NCBI RefSeq assembly: GCF_009914755.1
Contig: NC_060931.1
Direction: 5' to 3' (one strand)
DNA: 64,000 nucleotides
DNA from: the human T2T-CHM13v2.0 reference genome, Homo sapiens
Part shown: positions 42,291 to 56,400 of the stretch, in pieces
How the letters are laid out: each line of letters opens with the position of its first letter
Position numbering within the stretch: the first letter of the stretch is position 1
Program-made: the position numbers and the translations under genes
The notes under the pieces: model-generated
What the model was told of the DNA's origin: nothing
The model's input: the letters and a program-made list of their open reading frames with translations, nothing else
Database searches by the model: none

Positions 42291-43504
42291 CCAAGAAAAC
42301 TCAGTGCACATTGCAACTGCTTGACAGAGTGACAGCACATGCTGTGGCCATTGCGGGGACTCTGCTATGGCAGATCAGAGGGTGGTGGGTGGCTCCATCT
42401 CTGTCTGTCGGAGCTGGGCTTTGTGGCTGATGAAACTGTTCCCTATTAACAAGACGTTAAAACAACATTTATGGAAAATGCATCGTAGGTAGTAGGCGAG
42501 GTGCTTTCTTATGAAATGTGGGTTCTTGATTTTGACTGAACATCAGGGGAAACTGTCTTCAGTCAAAAAAAAAAAAAACACCAAAAAACCAGACTTGTCA
42601 CTGCGTTAAGACAAAGCACTTAAAACCTCATCATATCTGTCCTACCATGGGGACAATGATGAGGAAGCCATTGGCACAAATTCACTGCATTCCTTCTGGG
42701 AAAGAGCTCTTCCACCTGCTGTGCACCTAAGCCTTTGCAGTCATGAACGCAAGTGCAATTGCAGGCAGGCCTCCAGCTCACCATCCTACCATCCCTCTGT
42801 TGTGAGCTCGGATGTGTTCTTCAGCCGGTCAAGGAATCATGGCTTGAAAAGAAGGGAAACTCTTAGGGCATTTGGGAACCAGAGGAGTAAGGTGGGGGTG
42901 AGGCCAGAAGGGAGGAGAACAGAGCTATGGGCAAAGGTTGGTTTTCCCGTTTCCTTTTCTAGTGTCTTCCTAGTAGAGTCTCCACATTAAGTAGTTTGTT
43001 GATTTTGTGGGCCCCTGGTGTGTTACTGGCCCACGTCACAGGGGAAGTGAGCAAAGCTGACCCGAAGGGCAAAGCTCCTTGAAGCTCTTTCCAATGGGCT
43101 TCCCTGCATGTCCCATATCCCTCCAACCCCAGACACCAGCACCTTCTGCTTCTGTAATCCAGTAGTCAACAAGGAGAATATCTGATGTAACCACTTCAGA
43201 GTGAGGCCTAAGCAACTCTCTGTGTTACCCTCCCAGGGTCAACATGGCCTATTTGTGAGAGTAACATAATATTGGTGAGATGTGTGGCAGTGGAAACCCT
43301 TTAACACTGTCTACCTCATTTGCAGCTTATTGTCACATGGAGGAGTATGGAATGCAGACATGACTGTCACTATTCTGTGTATGGGTAAACTGAGGTGCTG
43401 GTGGTCACAGGCCACCTATAACCCTGTTGGAAACATTTTCACTGTATTACAGCTCATTCCCACAATTCATTAAGGCACAGACAAGATTATTTTTGCTTTT
43501 AACT

Positions 43505-43987
43505 GTTTTTTTTTTTTAATTTCAGCTTTTACTTTGCATTCAGGGAGGACATGGGCAGCTTTGTTATATGAGTATATTGCATGATACTGAGGTTTGTGGT
43601 ACAAATGATTCTGTCATCCAGGTTGTGAATAGTAACATACAGTAGGCAGTTTTTCAGCTCTTCCCCCCTTGCTCCCTCTCTCTTACCTTTGTGGTCCACA
43701 GTGTCTATCGCTCCCATCTTTATGTTCATGTGTACCCAGTGTTTAGGTCCCACTTATAAGTAAGAATATGCAGTATCTGATTTTCTGCTTCTGAATTAAT
43801 TTGCTTAGGATAACAGCCTCCAGCTACATTCATGTTGCTGCAAAAGACATGATTATGTTTTTTTAATGGCTGTATAGTATTTCATGGCGTATATATACCA
43901 TATTTTCTTTATCCAATCCACTATTGATGGGCATCTGTGTTGATTTCATGTCTTTGCTATTATGAATAGTACTGCGATGAACATATG
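43505..43987 (-). mobile_element. L1PB-type 3' end
   Basis: T-tail, ATATTGCATGATACTGAGGTTTG, CCCACTTATAAGTAAGAATATG, TTATCCAATCCAC. Confidence 0.9.
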
Positions 43988-44152
43988 AAAAGGTGCTGAT
44001 GTTGACATTGGCCTGTGGGAGGCACAGGGAAAGCCTTCGGCTCACACCTCGGAGTCACTATCACTAAGTAGAGGCTCAAATGGAACCTGTTCTCCTACGG
44101 CTAATGAAGACAACTGCCCATGTGATGTCTCCTGTAGTTCATAATGAGACGA

Positions 44153-46419
44153 TGTATTAGTCTGTGTTCACACTGCTGATAAAGACATACCCAAGACTGG
44201 GAAGAAAAAGAGTTTAATTGGACTTACAGTTCACATGGCTGGGGAGGCCTCAGAATCAGGGCGGGAGGTGAAAGGCACTTCTTACATGGCGGCAACAAGA
44301 GAAAAATGAGGAAGATGTGAAAGTAGAAAGCCCTGATAAAACCATTCAATCTCATGAGACTTATTACCACAAGAACAGTATGGGGGAAACTGCCCCCATG
44401 ATTCAAATTATCTCCCACAGGGTCCCTCCCACAACATGTGGGAATTATGGGAGTAAAATTCAAGATGAGATTTGGGTGGGGACACAGAACCATATCATTC
44501 TGCCCCTGGCCCCTCCAAATCTCATGTCCTCATATTTCAAAACCAATCATGCCTTCCCAGCAGTCCCCCAAAGTCTTAACTCATTTCAGCATTAGCCCAA
44601 AACTCCACAGTCCAAAGTCTCATCTGAGTACCTTTTGCCTGTGAGCTTGTAAAATCGAAAGCAAGCTAGTTACTTTCTACATACAATGCGGGTACAGGTA
44701 TTGGGTAAAAATGGCTGTTCCAAATGGGAGAAATTGGCCAAAACAAAGGGATTACAGGGCCCATGCAAGTCTGAAATCCAGTAGGGTAGTCAAATTTTAA
44801 GGCTCCAAAATGATCTCCTTTGACTCCATGTCTCACATCCAGGTTACGCTGATGCAAGAGGTAGGTTCCTATAGTCTTGGGAAGCTCTACCCTTGTGGCT
44901 TTGCAGGGTATAGCCCCCTCCCAGTTGCTTTCACAGGCTGGCATTGAGTGTCTGTGGCTTTTCCAGATGCACAGTGAAAGCTGTTGGTGGATCTACTACT
45001 CTGGGGTCTGGAGGACAGTGGCCCTATTCTCACAGCTTCACTAGGCGGTGCCCCAGTAGGGACTCTGTGTGGAGCCTCCAACTCCACATTTCCCTTCCAC
45101 ACTGCCCCAGCAGAAGTTCTCCATGAGGGCCCCACCCCTGCAGCAAACTTTTGCTTGGGCATCCAGACGTTTCCATACATCTTTTGAAATCTAGGTGGAG
45201 GTTCCCAGACCTCAATTCTTGACTTCTGTGCACCTGCAGGCTCAATACCACATGACAGCTGCCAAGGTGTTAGGCCTTGCACCCTCTGAAACCATGGACC
45301 AAACCGTACCTTGCCCCATTTTAGCAATAGCTGGAGCAGCTGGGATGCAGGGCATCCAGTCCCTAGGCTGCACACAGCATGGGACCCTGGGCTCAGCCCA
45401 CAAAACCATTTTTTCCTCCTAGGCTTCCAAGTCTGTGGTGGGAGGGGTTGCTGTGAAGACCTCTGTCGTGCCCTTGAGACTTTTTTCCCATTTTCTTGGG
45501 AATTAACACTTGGCTCCTTGTTTCTTATGCAAATTTCTGCAGCCAGCTTGAATTTCTCCTCAAAAAATGTGTTTTTCTTTTCTACTGCATTGTCAGCCTG
45601 CAAAATTTCTGAACTTTTATGCTCTGTTTCCCTTTTAAAACTGAATACTTTTAACAGCACCCAAGCCACCTCTTGAATGCTTTGCTTCTTAGAAGTTTCT
45701 TCCACCGGATGCCCTAAATCATCTCTCTCAAGTTCAAAGTTCCACAAATCTCTAGGGCAGGGGCAAAATGCTGCCAGTCTCTTTGCTAAAACATAACAAG
45801 AGTCACCTTTGCTCCAGTTCCCAACAAGTTCCTTATCTCCATCTGAGACCACCGCAGCCTGGATTTCATCATCCATATCATTATCAGCATTTTGGCCAAA
45901 GCCATTCGACAAGTCTCTAGGGAGTTCCAGACTTTCCCACATGTTCCTGTCTTCTTCTGAGCCCTCCAAACTGTTCCAATCTCTGCCTGTTACCCAGTTC
46001 CAAAGTTGCTTCCACATTTTTGGGTATCTTTTCAGCAGCACCCCACTCTACTGGTACCAATTTACTATATTAGTTCATTTTCACACTGCTGATAATGACA
46101 TACCCGAGACTGGGAAGAAAAAGAGGTTTAATTGGACTTACAGTTCACATGGCTGGTGAGGCCTCAGAATCATGGCAGGAGGTGAAAGACACTTCTTACA
46201 TGGTGGTGGCAAGAGAAAAATGAGGAAGATGCAAAGGTAGAAATCCCTGATGAAACCGTCAGCTCTCATGAGACTTATTCACTATCACAAGGACAGTATG
46301 GGGGAAATGGCTCCCATGATTCAATTACCTCCCACCGCATCCCTCCCACAACACATGAAAATTATGGGTGTACAATTGAAGATGGGATTTGGGTGGGGAC
46401 ACAGAGTCAAACCATATCA
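44153..46419 (-). mobile_element. Full-length THE1A-like MaLR provirus (3'LTR 44153-44497, internal 44498-46065, 5'LTR 46066-46419)
   Basis: Two LTRs flanking THE1-int; PPT and PBS-like junctions; flanks GACGA / GACCC. Confidence 0.93.
44887..46041 (-). pseudogene. THE1 internal ORF remnant, 384 codons open (first ATG at 46017); the C-terminus continues in another frame to 44666
   Basis: MWESLELPRDL..GNWSKGDSCY..RLAAFCPCPRDLWNFELE..QKSRIEVWEPPPRFQ typical of the MaLR ORF. Confidence 0.85.
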
Positions 46420-48534
46420 GACCCCTTGTTGTGCTTCCAAATATTTAATAAAATAAACCCCCCCCAAAAAGAAGAAGAAAAGAAAAGGCAAGACAACCAG
46501 ACTACTCAGTAGGCTGCTCAGAGCCACATGAGAGAAGATCATTTTCAAAATCGGCTTCTGCACATTTTCTCTTTGGATCCATTTTCCTTTCAGGGAAGAG
46601 CACCCTGATAGCAGAGTGGCCACCTTTGCTTGTTAAACACAAGAGCCAGGAAATCACTTTCCAACGCTACCCCCTGTTTAGTGCTCTGTTTAGTATTAAC
46701 CAGAATCCTCTGAAAAATCATATGTAATCTCAGCATTCCCAAGAAGTATGTAGTTTTTGTTTTCTTGTTTCTCTTAAATTGTGTCATGGATGATAATATT
46801 CCTGCAAAACTTAGCAAGTGAAATAATTTCCTTAATAACCTTCCCCCTTTCTATCTAAGGAACAGTATTTCTTTTGTTAACAGGTTTATTAAAGGGCAAT
46901 AATATTTGGCATTTCTTTCAGGACTTTTTCTTAAGATAAAGGATTTGAACCAAGAAAAGATAATGACCGTGGGAAAACCCTAGTGTGACTTCAGCCCCAT
47001 TCAACACAAGGCATTAACCAAGCACCTACTGTGTGGGGTGCCAGATGAAGGCTAAAGTGGAGGTTAACACTGAGATGTGTGAGCCTCTGGTGATAGGACC
47101 TGGTTGTTTCTGTTGGCTGGGAACCAACCTCTCCTGTGAGAGATAGGGCAGCCTCTTCACATAGTGCATGGCCACCACAACTAAACATTTCTCTCTTATT
47201 TCTGCTTCCAAATTTCTATCATTTAAGCCATTATTTTCCGTTAAGGTGGAAAATACACTCCTTTTAAGCTGAAGCACCCCACCACTAGGAGGATGGCTCT
47301 TTTGAGATTTGCAGGGTCCCTCTCAGGTACCCCTCAGGCTTCCTCCTGCAGCCCCTGCTTACCGAGGGCATCTGCTGCTGAGGAAATCAGCTCCCGGCAC
47401 CTGGTTTATGATCTAATGTACAAGATGCAACAGGGACGTGGGCTTCTGCGGGTATGAGTGCAATGAAATTCAAACACGACTTCCAAATCTGTTTCTTGAT
47501 CCTAGTGTGTGGGTCAGCTCCAGGCCAGGAACAATGAAGGGAGAGATGAGCAAACAAATAAACAACAAAAACCGCCCAAAACAAACACACACACAAAACA
47601 AATAGAAATGAAGTCCATGTGCAAAGACTTGGCAGACACAGCCATTGAGCCAAAGGCTATTTTCCCCAAAGATGAATTCTTGTACTGAAAGCCCTTCATA
47701 AGGCAAGGAATAGCAGCAGGCATTTACATAAAGCGAATAAACTGGCACTGTTAAGTTCCAGGACACGTCCTGGGGCTTAGCCTCCTTTCATTTATTCAGC
47801 CTAATTCCCACCGGTGACAGCTACCACCATGTTTAGGGCTGTGATGCCAGCATCCCAAAGGGTCACTGGATTTTGGCTTTGATGTCCCAACACAGAAGAG
47901 AAGATTCAAGCACTGTCAACAAAAATATTTGTCTAAAGACTAGATCAACCAAAATGTTCACTTAACCAGAAGGTCAACCTACTCAGGCCCCCATTTCTAT
48001 ATACCACAGATGCCTTTGGTTTTGAACAGTAGAAGTCTAACATCTCCAGTAAAGCCTCATTGCTAACTAGAAATTATCATGTCTCACAGGACAGCGCAAT
48101 ACAGAAAAAATGGCATTTTCCATTGACATAATTATTGCGGTTTATTTTCAGGGACATAAATTGTAACGATTCAACTGATAAATTTAATACAACTTAAAAT
48201 TGCATGTAGTCACCATAGACGGTGGCATAAGCAAGGATCATTAGAGAAAATGCAAGTCTTTAGCCATTTCAAACTCCACACTGTTTTGTTGTTGTTGCTT
48301 TTAGTCCAAGGAGCATTGCTCAAATTAAATTTTAGGTGACATTAGTAAAACAAGCTCTCTTTTTGTTTGTTTGTGCCTAAAGCTTTCTGTATCTGTGGCC
48401 ATGACCCTATCATTGCCCCAGTCTCTTGGAGGGGTTTTGGGATGTTCTTAAGCATAACTTAATCCACTGGCTTAGCTTTGGAGAACTGTGAAGGACCTTT
48501 GAGATCATGGGTTCCAGAAAGGGGCTGCCAAATG

Positions 48535-48700
48535 GCATGGCCAGCTCTGCCACTTACAAGTAGTGGGACCTTGCAAGTTACCTCACTTCTCCGTTCCCAT
48601 CTTACAACTAACAAGACGAAGTCACAGGGTTACGTGAGATTTCTCACGAAAGGACTAGGAAGCATCTCAACTAGATTAGGTGCTCAATAACTTTTCATTA
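48535..48700 (+). mobile_element. MIR
   Basis: CCAGCTCTGCCACTTAC...GACCTTGCAAGTTACCTCAC...TAGGTGCTCAATAA. Confidence 0.7.
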
Positions 48701-49699
48701 TTATTAAGGAGGAAAGAGGGATAAATATTTCAATGGCACAAAAGCTCCCAACAGCATGGGTCATTATGTGAGATGCAGTAAAAACACAACTTGATAGAGA
48801 GACTATCCCCTCTGGAAACTCCTAAGTTTCAAATTCTGTAAGTTTGAAATTGTTTAAAATTAGCAATGGTTACACATGAATAATAAAATGAATGGTTACA
48901 CATGAAGTAATTTGTTACCTTCAAGTTGACATTTTTAAAATTTTATGTATACATTTTAAGGTGGCAGATAGATTTAACCAGATGTTTACTGCATTCCTTT
49001 TCACAGGATCTGTCTACAGGCTAAGACAAGCAAACATGCTTAAGTGAGACACATGACTAAGATATAAGACCACTCAGAAGCTCTTTGCAAGGAAGCCTTT
49101 AGGACCAGAAACTTGTGTTTCAGGAATGGAGATGTGAGTCCTTTGATTTTGGGTGTGCTCTCTGAGGTGTGCACACAAATCACAGAAGGTTTTGTTTTTG
49201 TTAGTCACTTTTGCAAGAGATTATAACCTATGAGTCACTGGCTCATTAATTAAACTTTAGAGCAACCCAGTGAAGTTCCAAAATGTTAACAAAAGTCACT
49301 GACACCAAGGGTAAGATGCTTGAGCTTTTTCATCTTTTCTTGTCCTACACAAAAGCATGAACAAGATGTCATTTAAGGATGTTAATAATCACAACTGTGA
49401 AGAGCTTGGGAAGAAGACTAACCACAGGAGCTCTTCTACCAGGAACCCACATCATGCACTGGGACATCTTGTCCACCCTTTGACCCAGTTTTCCCGTGAA
49501 GGAAATGGACATGATCCAGGATTCTAAGTGGAGACACAGCCCCTTGGAGGGAATAGCTACATTACAATAAGGTTTCTTTCTTTCCCACCACTCCTCTGAT
49601 GTCCATTTGTCTCTGTGTAGAGAGAGGTCCCTTTAAAACCTCACTATAGAGAGCTTGGGGAGAGACGGCTTCTGTTTCTGTCTCCAGGCAGGCCTACTA

Positions 49700-49945
49700 G
49701 CAATGCTACATGAGCAGCAGAGCCCTGCACAGCACATTTCAACCGTGTCTAGCACCCTCACTCTCCTTTTCTGCTGTGTTTGTTCTGAAGAGCATCATCG
49801 CTATCTGACATTATAAAACGTAGCTGTTTGTTCATGTTTTCATACTGTCTCTTTCCTCACTAGAATATAAGCTTTGGGAGAGTAGGGGTGTATTGTATTT
49901 GCTAATACCTAAGATGCTTGGTGCGCAGACACACACAATAAATCG
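49700..49945 (+). mobile_element. L2 3' region
   Basis: CTGTCTCTTTCCTCACTAGAATATAAGCT. Confidence 0.6.
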
Positions 49946-50482
49946 TTTTTTAATATTGCCCTCATTCTTTCACTTGCAGTTTGATTGTGAGCCATTTGTC
50001 TATAGAATAAAGGGAGCCCATCCTTTGCTTTTTGATTGTTTGTTTTTGCTGAAATCAGAGCAAGTGCATTAGTCTAAGCAAAAAGGAGAGCCCGGGGACT
50101 TGGAAGAGTCTGTTGGGGAAAGAGAGAAGAGGCAAAGTGGTGATTTCCTCTTTTACATATTTTTCTGAGTGGAGAGGAATTTCTCTTGAATCTCAAGGAG
50201 GCTCATACAGTGGAAAGCCTTCTTCTGTCTATCTGGGTGGTCGGCCAGCCAGCGGGGCTCAGAGCAGCCTTGGCCAAACATTTGCAAAACAGGAAATTAA
50301 TTTTTGAATTCTCTGAAACATTTTTCCTTTGTGAGAACTGTAGCAGCAACATATTTTAATTTGCATTTGAATATACTGCTTTTTAAAAATTATATCAGTT
50401 ATCCTTTTAATAGTAGGTATATAAATCACTATAAAATCTACCATTAAAAAAGGAATTCAAAATTAAAAGCAAAATGAATACT

Positions 50483-51291
50483 TAGTATAGCCACTCTGGA
50501 GAATAGTATAGTGGTTCCTCAAAAAATTATAAGTAGAACTGACACATAATCCAGCAATTCCACTGCTGTGTATGTATCCAAAAGAAAGGGAATTAGTATA
50601 TTAAAGAGATATCTCCACTCCACTGTGTGCTGCAGCACTCTTTACAACAGCCAAGACATGGAATCAACCTAAGTGTTCATCAGTGAATGAATGGATAAAC
50701 ACAATGTGGTACATGTACACAGTGGAATGTTATTTTTTTACTCAGCCATAAAAACAAATGAAATCTTGTCATTTGCAACAAGAATGAAACTGGATGACAC
50801 TATGATAAGTGAAATAAGCCAGGCATGGAAAAGTATGTTGCATACTCTCGTTAATATGTGGGAGATAAAAAAAATTGAACTCATGAAGATATAGAATGGA
50901 ACGATGACTACCAGAGGCTAGGAAGGGTGGTGAGAGAGAGAGAGATAAAGAGAAGATGGTTAATGGGCACAAAAATATAGTTAGAAAAATAAGATTTAAT
51001 GGTTGGATAACTATAGGTCATCACAATAGGATGACTATCATGGTAATTTATGGTACATTTCAAAACAAAGAGTGGAATTGGAATGCTCCTAACAAAAATA
51101 AATGATAAACACCCTTGAAGTGATAGATTCCCCCAGTTACCCTGATGTGCTCTTGCACATTGTATGCTTGTATCAAAATATTACATGCACCCCCAAATAT
51201 ATACAAAAATTATGTATTTATGAATAATATTTCATAAGAATATAATTAATAATTACTATTAATGAAAACATTTCCAATAAAATAAAATAAA
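50483..51291 (+). mobile_element. L1MA-type 3' end
   Basis: ATCCAGCAATTCCACTGCTG, GGAATCAACCTAAGTG, TACCAGAGGCTAGGAAGGG, A-rich tail. Confidence 0.9.
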
Positions 51292-52040
51292 AGGTAACTC
51301 TTAGTCCAAAAAAGGTAAATCCAAGCAAAAAAATGTTATTCAAATGGGTAACTATACTAAAATTATCAAATTCTGGATTTGTTTGCTACCGATATGAAAA
51401 GGTGTTGTATTAATACATGGAAATAATATCTGAGGTCTCCTCATGATTCTTCTAAATCTCTTCCTCCTTTTCTCACCCCAACATTTGTTTCCTTTTTCCA
51501 TTCTTCCACCTTCCTCTACAGAACTCTGTCCTCCAGAATGGTTCTGTCAATCCTAGTAGAGAGGTTGCTGCTTGGAGGGGAGACGTGGCTGCTCTCAAAC
51601 AAGAGCGAGGCCCCACCTCTGGTGTGTCGGCCAGCAGCCTCTCACCTCAGACATCGTGCAGACCACTCACCACCTGCAGTCCCCACAGGAACAGCATAAA
51701 TCCTCAACATTATTACCAGTTAACACATAAAACAGATCCCAGGGAGATAGAGGAAGAGAAAAATAAACATTGATTCAGAATGTCAGGAGCACTGGTCAGT
51801 TTTAAGTGGCCATGATGCCTGTGGGGAGAAGCGGTAACCCTGCAGTTATCGGGTAAGAGGAAGGCCTCCAGGAGGCCAGAGGCCAAAGAGCAAATGAACC
51901 ACCCAAGAGGTGAGAAGCACCAACCAGCTTGCCTATTGAAGATTATAAAGGCTAACTTTGGGCTTTATTTCTTCTTGTTTTGGTTCCTTGAGGGGTGAAG
52001 TTAGGTTGCTTTTTTGCCATCTTTCTTTTTTGAAAAATAT

Positions 52041-53402
<1,362 letters not shown>

Positions 53403-56400
53403 TGTATTAGTCTGTTCCCATGCTGCTAATAAAGCCATAACTGAAAACTGGGTAGTTTATAAATGAAATAGGTTTAATTGACTCACAGTTCAGCATTGCA
53501 GGGGGAGGGGCCTCAGGAAACTTGCAATCATGGTGGAAGGGGAAGCAAACACACCCTTCTTCACATGGCGACAGGGAGGAGATGTGTAGCGCAAAGTGGG
53601 AAAAGTCCCTTATAGCACCATCAGATCTTGTGAGAACTCACTCACTATCATGAGAACAACATGAGAGTAACTGCTCCCATGATTAAATTACCTCGCACTG
53701 GGGCCTTCCCATGACACATGGGGATTATGGGAACTACAATTCAAGATGAGATTTGGGTCACAGCCAAACCATATTATTCCACCCCTGGCCCCTCCCAAGT
53801 CTCATGTCTTTACATTTCAAAACACAATCATGCTTTTCCAACAGTCCCCCAAAGTCTTATCTCATTCCAGCCTTAACCGAAAAGTCCAAGTCCAAAGTCA
53901 CATCTGAGACAAGGCAAGTCCCTTCTGCCTATGACCCTGTACAATCAAAAGCAAGTTAGTTATGTCCTACATACAATGGGGGTACAGGCATTGGGTAAAT
54001 ACACCTGTTCCAAATGGGATAAATTAGCCAAAACAAAGAGGCTACAGGCACCATGCAAGTATGAAATCCAATAGGGAAGTTAATTAAAACTTAAAGTTCC
54101 AAAATGATCTCCTTTGATTTCATATCTCACATGCAGATCTCGCTGATGCAAGAGTTGAGCCCCCATGGCCTTGGGCAGCTCCAACCCTGTGGCTTTGCAG
54201 GGTATAGGCCCTCTCCTGGCTGCTTTCATGGGCTGATGTTGAGTGTCCCTGGCTTTTCTAGATGCAGAGTGTAAGCTGTTGGTGGAGCTACCATTCTGGG
54301 TTCTGGAGGAAGGTGGCCCTCTTCTCACAGCTCCACTAGGTGGTGCCCCAGTAGGGACTCTGTGTGGGGGCTCCGACCCCACATTTCCCTTCCACACTGC
54401 CCTAGTAAAGTTCCTCCATGAGGGCTCCACCCCTGCATCAAACGTCTGCCTTGACATCCAGGTGTTTACATACATCCTCTGAAATCTGGTTGGAGGTTCC
54501 CAGACCTCAATTCTTGACTTCTGTGAACCCACAGGCCCAACACCTTGTGTAAGCTGCCAAGGCTTGGGGTTTGCATTCCATGAAGCAATGGCCTGAGCTG
54601 TATGTTAACCCTTTTTAACCATGGCTGGAATGAAGGGCACCAAGTTCTGAGACTCCACAAAGCAGCAAGGCCCCGGGCCTGGCCTATGAAACCAATTTTC
54701 CCTCCTAGGCCTCCTGGCCTGTGATGGGAGGGGCTGCTGTGTAGACCTCTGACATGCCCTGGAGACATTTTCCCCCATTGTCTTGGTGATTAACGTTAGG
54801 CTTCTCATTACTTACGCAAATTTCTGCAGCTGGCTTTAATTTCTCCCCAGGAAATGGGTTTTTCTTTTCTATTGCATCATCAGACTGCAAAGTTTTCAAA
54901 CTTTTATAATCTTCTTTTGAAGTTTTGTCGCTTATAAATTTCTTCCACCAGATACCCTAAATCTTCTCTCTCAAGTCAAAAGTTCCACAGATCTCTAGGG
55001 CAGGGGCAAAATGCCACCAGTCTCTTTGCTGAAACATAGCAAGAGTTACCTTTATTCCAGTTCCCAACAAGTTCCTCATCTCCATCTGAGACCACCTGAA
55101 CCTGGACTTCATTGTCCATATCACTATCAGCACTTTGGTCAAAGCCATTTGACAAGTCTCTAGGAAGTTCCACACTTTCCCACATCTTGCTGTCTTTTGA
55201 GCCCTCCAAGCCTCTAGGAAGTTCCAGACTTTCTCACATTTTCCTGTCTTCTTCTGAGCCCTTCAAATTGTTCCAATTTCTGCCTGCTACCCAGTTCCAA
55301 AGTCACTTCCACATTTTCAGGTACGCTTACAGCAGTGCCCCACTACCCAGTACCAGTTTATTGTATTAGTCTGTTCTCACGCTGCTGTAATTAACTGCCT
55401 GAGACTGGGTAACTTATAAAGGAAAGAGGTTTAATTGATCAGTTTTGTATGGTTGGGGAGGCCTCAGGAAATTTACAATTATGGCAGAAGGGGAAGCAAA
55501 CATGTTCTTCTTCACATGGCAGTAGGAAGCAGAAGTGCCAAGTAATATGATTTGGCTGTGCCCCCACCCAAATCTCATCTTGAAACTTGCTCCCATAATT
55601 TCCACATCATGGGAAGTAATTGAATCATGGGGGAAGGTCTTTCCCATGCTGTTCTTGTTATAGAGAATAAGTCTCATGAGATCTGATGGTTTTATAAAGG
55701 GGAGTTCCCCAGCACATGTTCTGTTGCCAGACATCACTTTGCTCTTCATTCACTTTCTGCCATGATTGTGAGGCCTCCTCTGCCATGTGGAACTGTGAGC
55801 CCATTAAACCTCTTTTTCATTATAAATTCTTCAGTCTCAGATATGTCTTTATTAGCAGTGTGAGAACAAACTAATACAGTAAAATGGTACCAGTAGAGTG
55901 GGGCGTGCTGAAAAGATACCCAGAAATGTGGAAGTGACTTTGGAACTGGGTAACAATCAGAGGTTGGAACAGTTTGAAGGGCTTGGAAGAAGACAGGAAG
56001 ATCTGAGAAAGTTTGAAACTTCCTAAGGACGTGTTGGATGTCTTTGACAAAAATGCTGGTAGTGATAAGGACAATAAAGTCCAGGCTGAGGTGGTCTCAG
56101 GTGGAGATGAGGAACTTGTTAGGAACTGGAGTAAAGGTGTTATAGCAAAGAGACTAGTGGCATTTTGCGCCTGCCCTAGAGATTTGTGGAACATTCACCT
56201 TGAGATAGATGAGTTAGGGCATCTGGCAGAAGAAATTTCTAAGCAGCAAAGCATTCAAGAGGTGGCTTGTGTGCTATTAGAAGCATTCAGTTTTATGTAT
56301 TCCCAAAGATACGGTTTGGAATTAGAACTGATGTTTGAAAGGAAAGCGGAGAGTAAATGTTTGGAAAATTTACAGCCTGATGACGAGATAGAAAAGAAAA

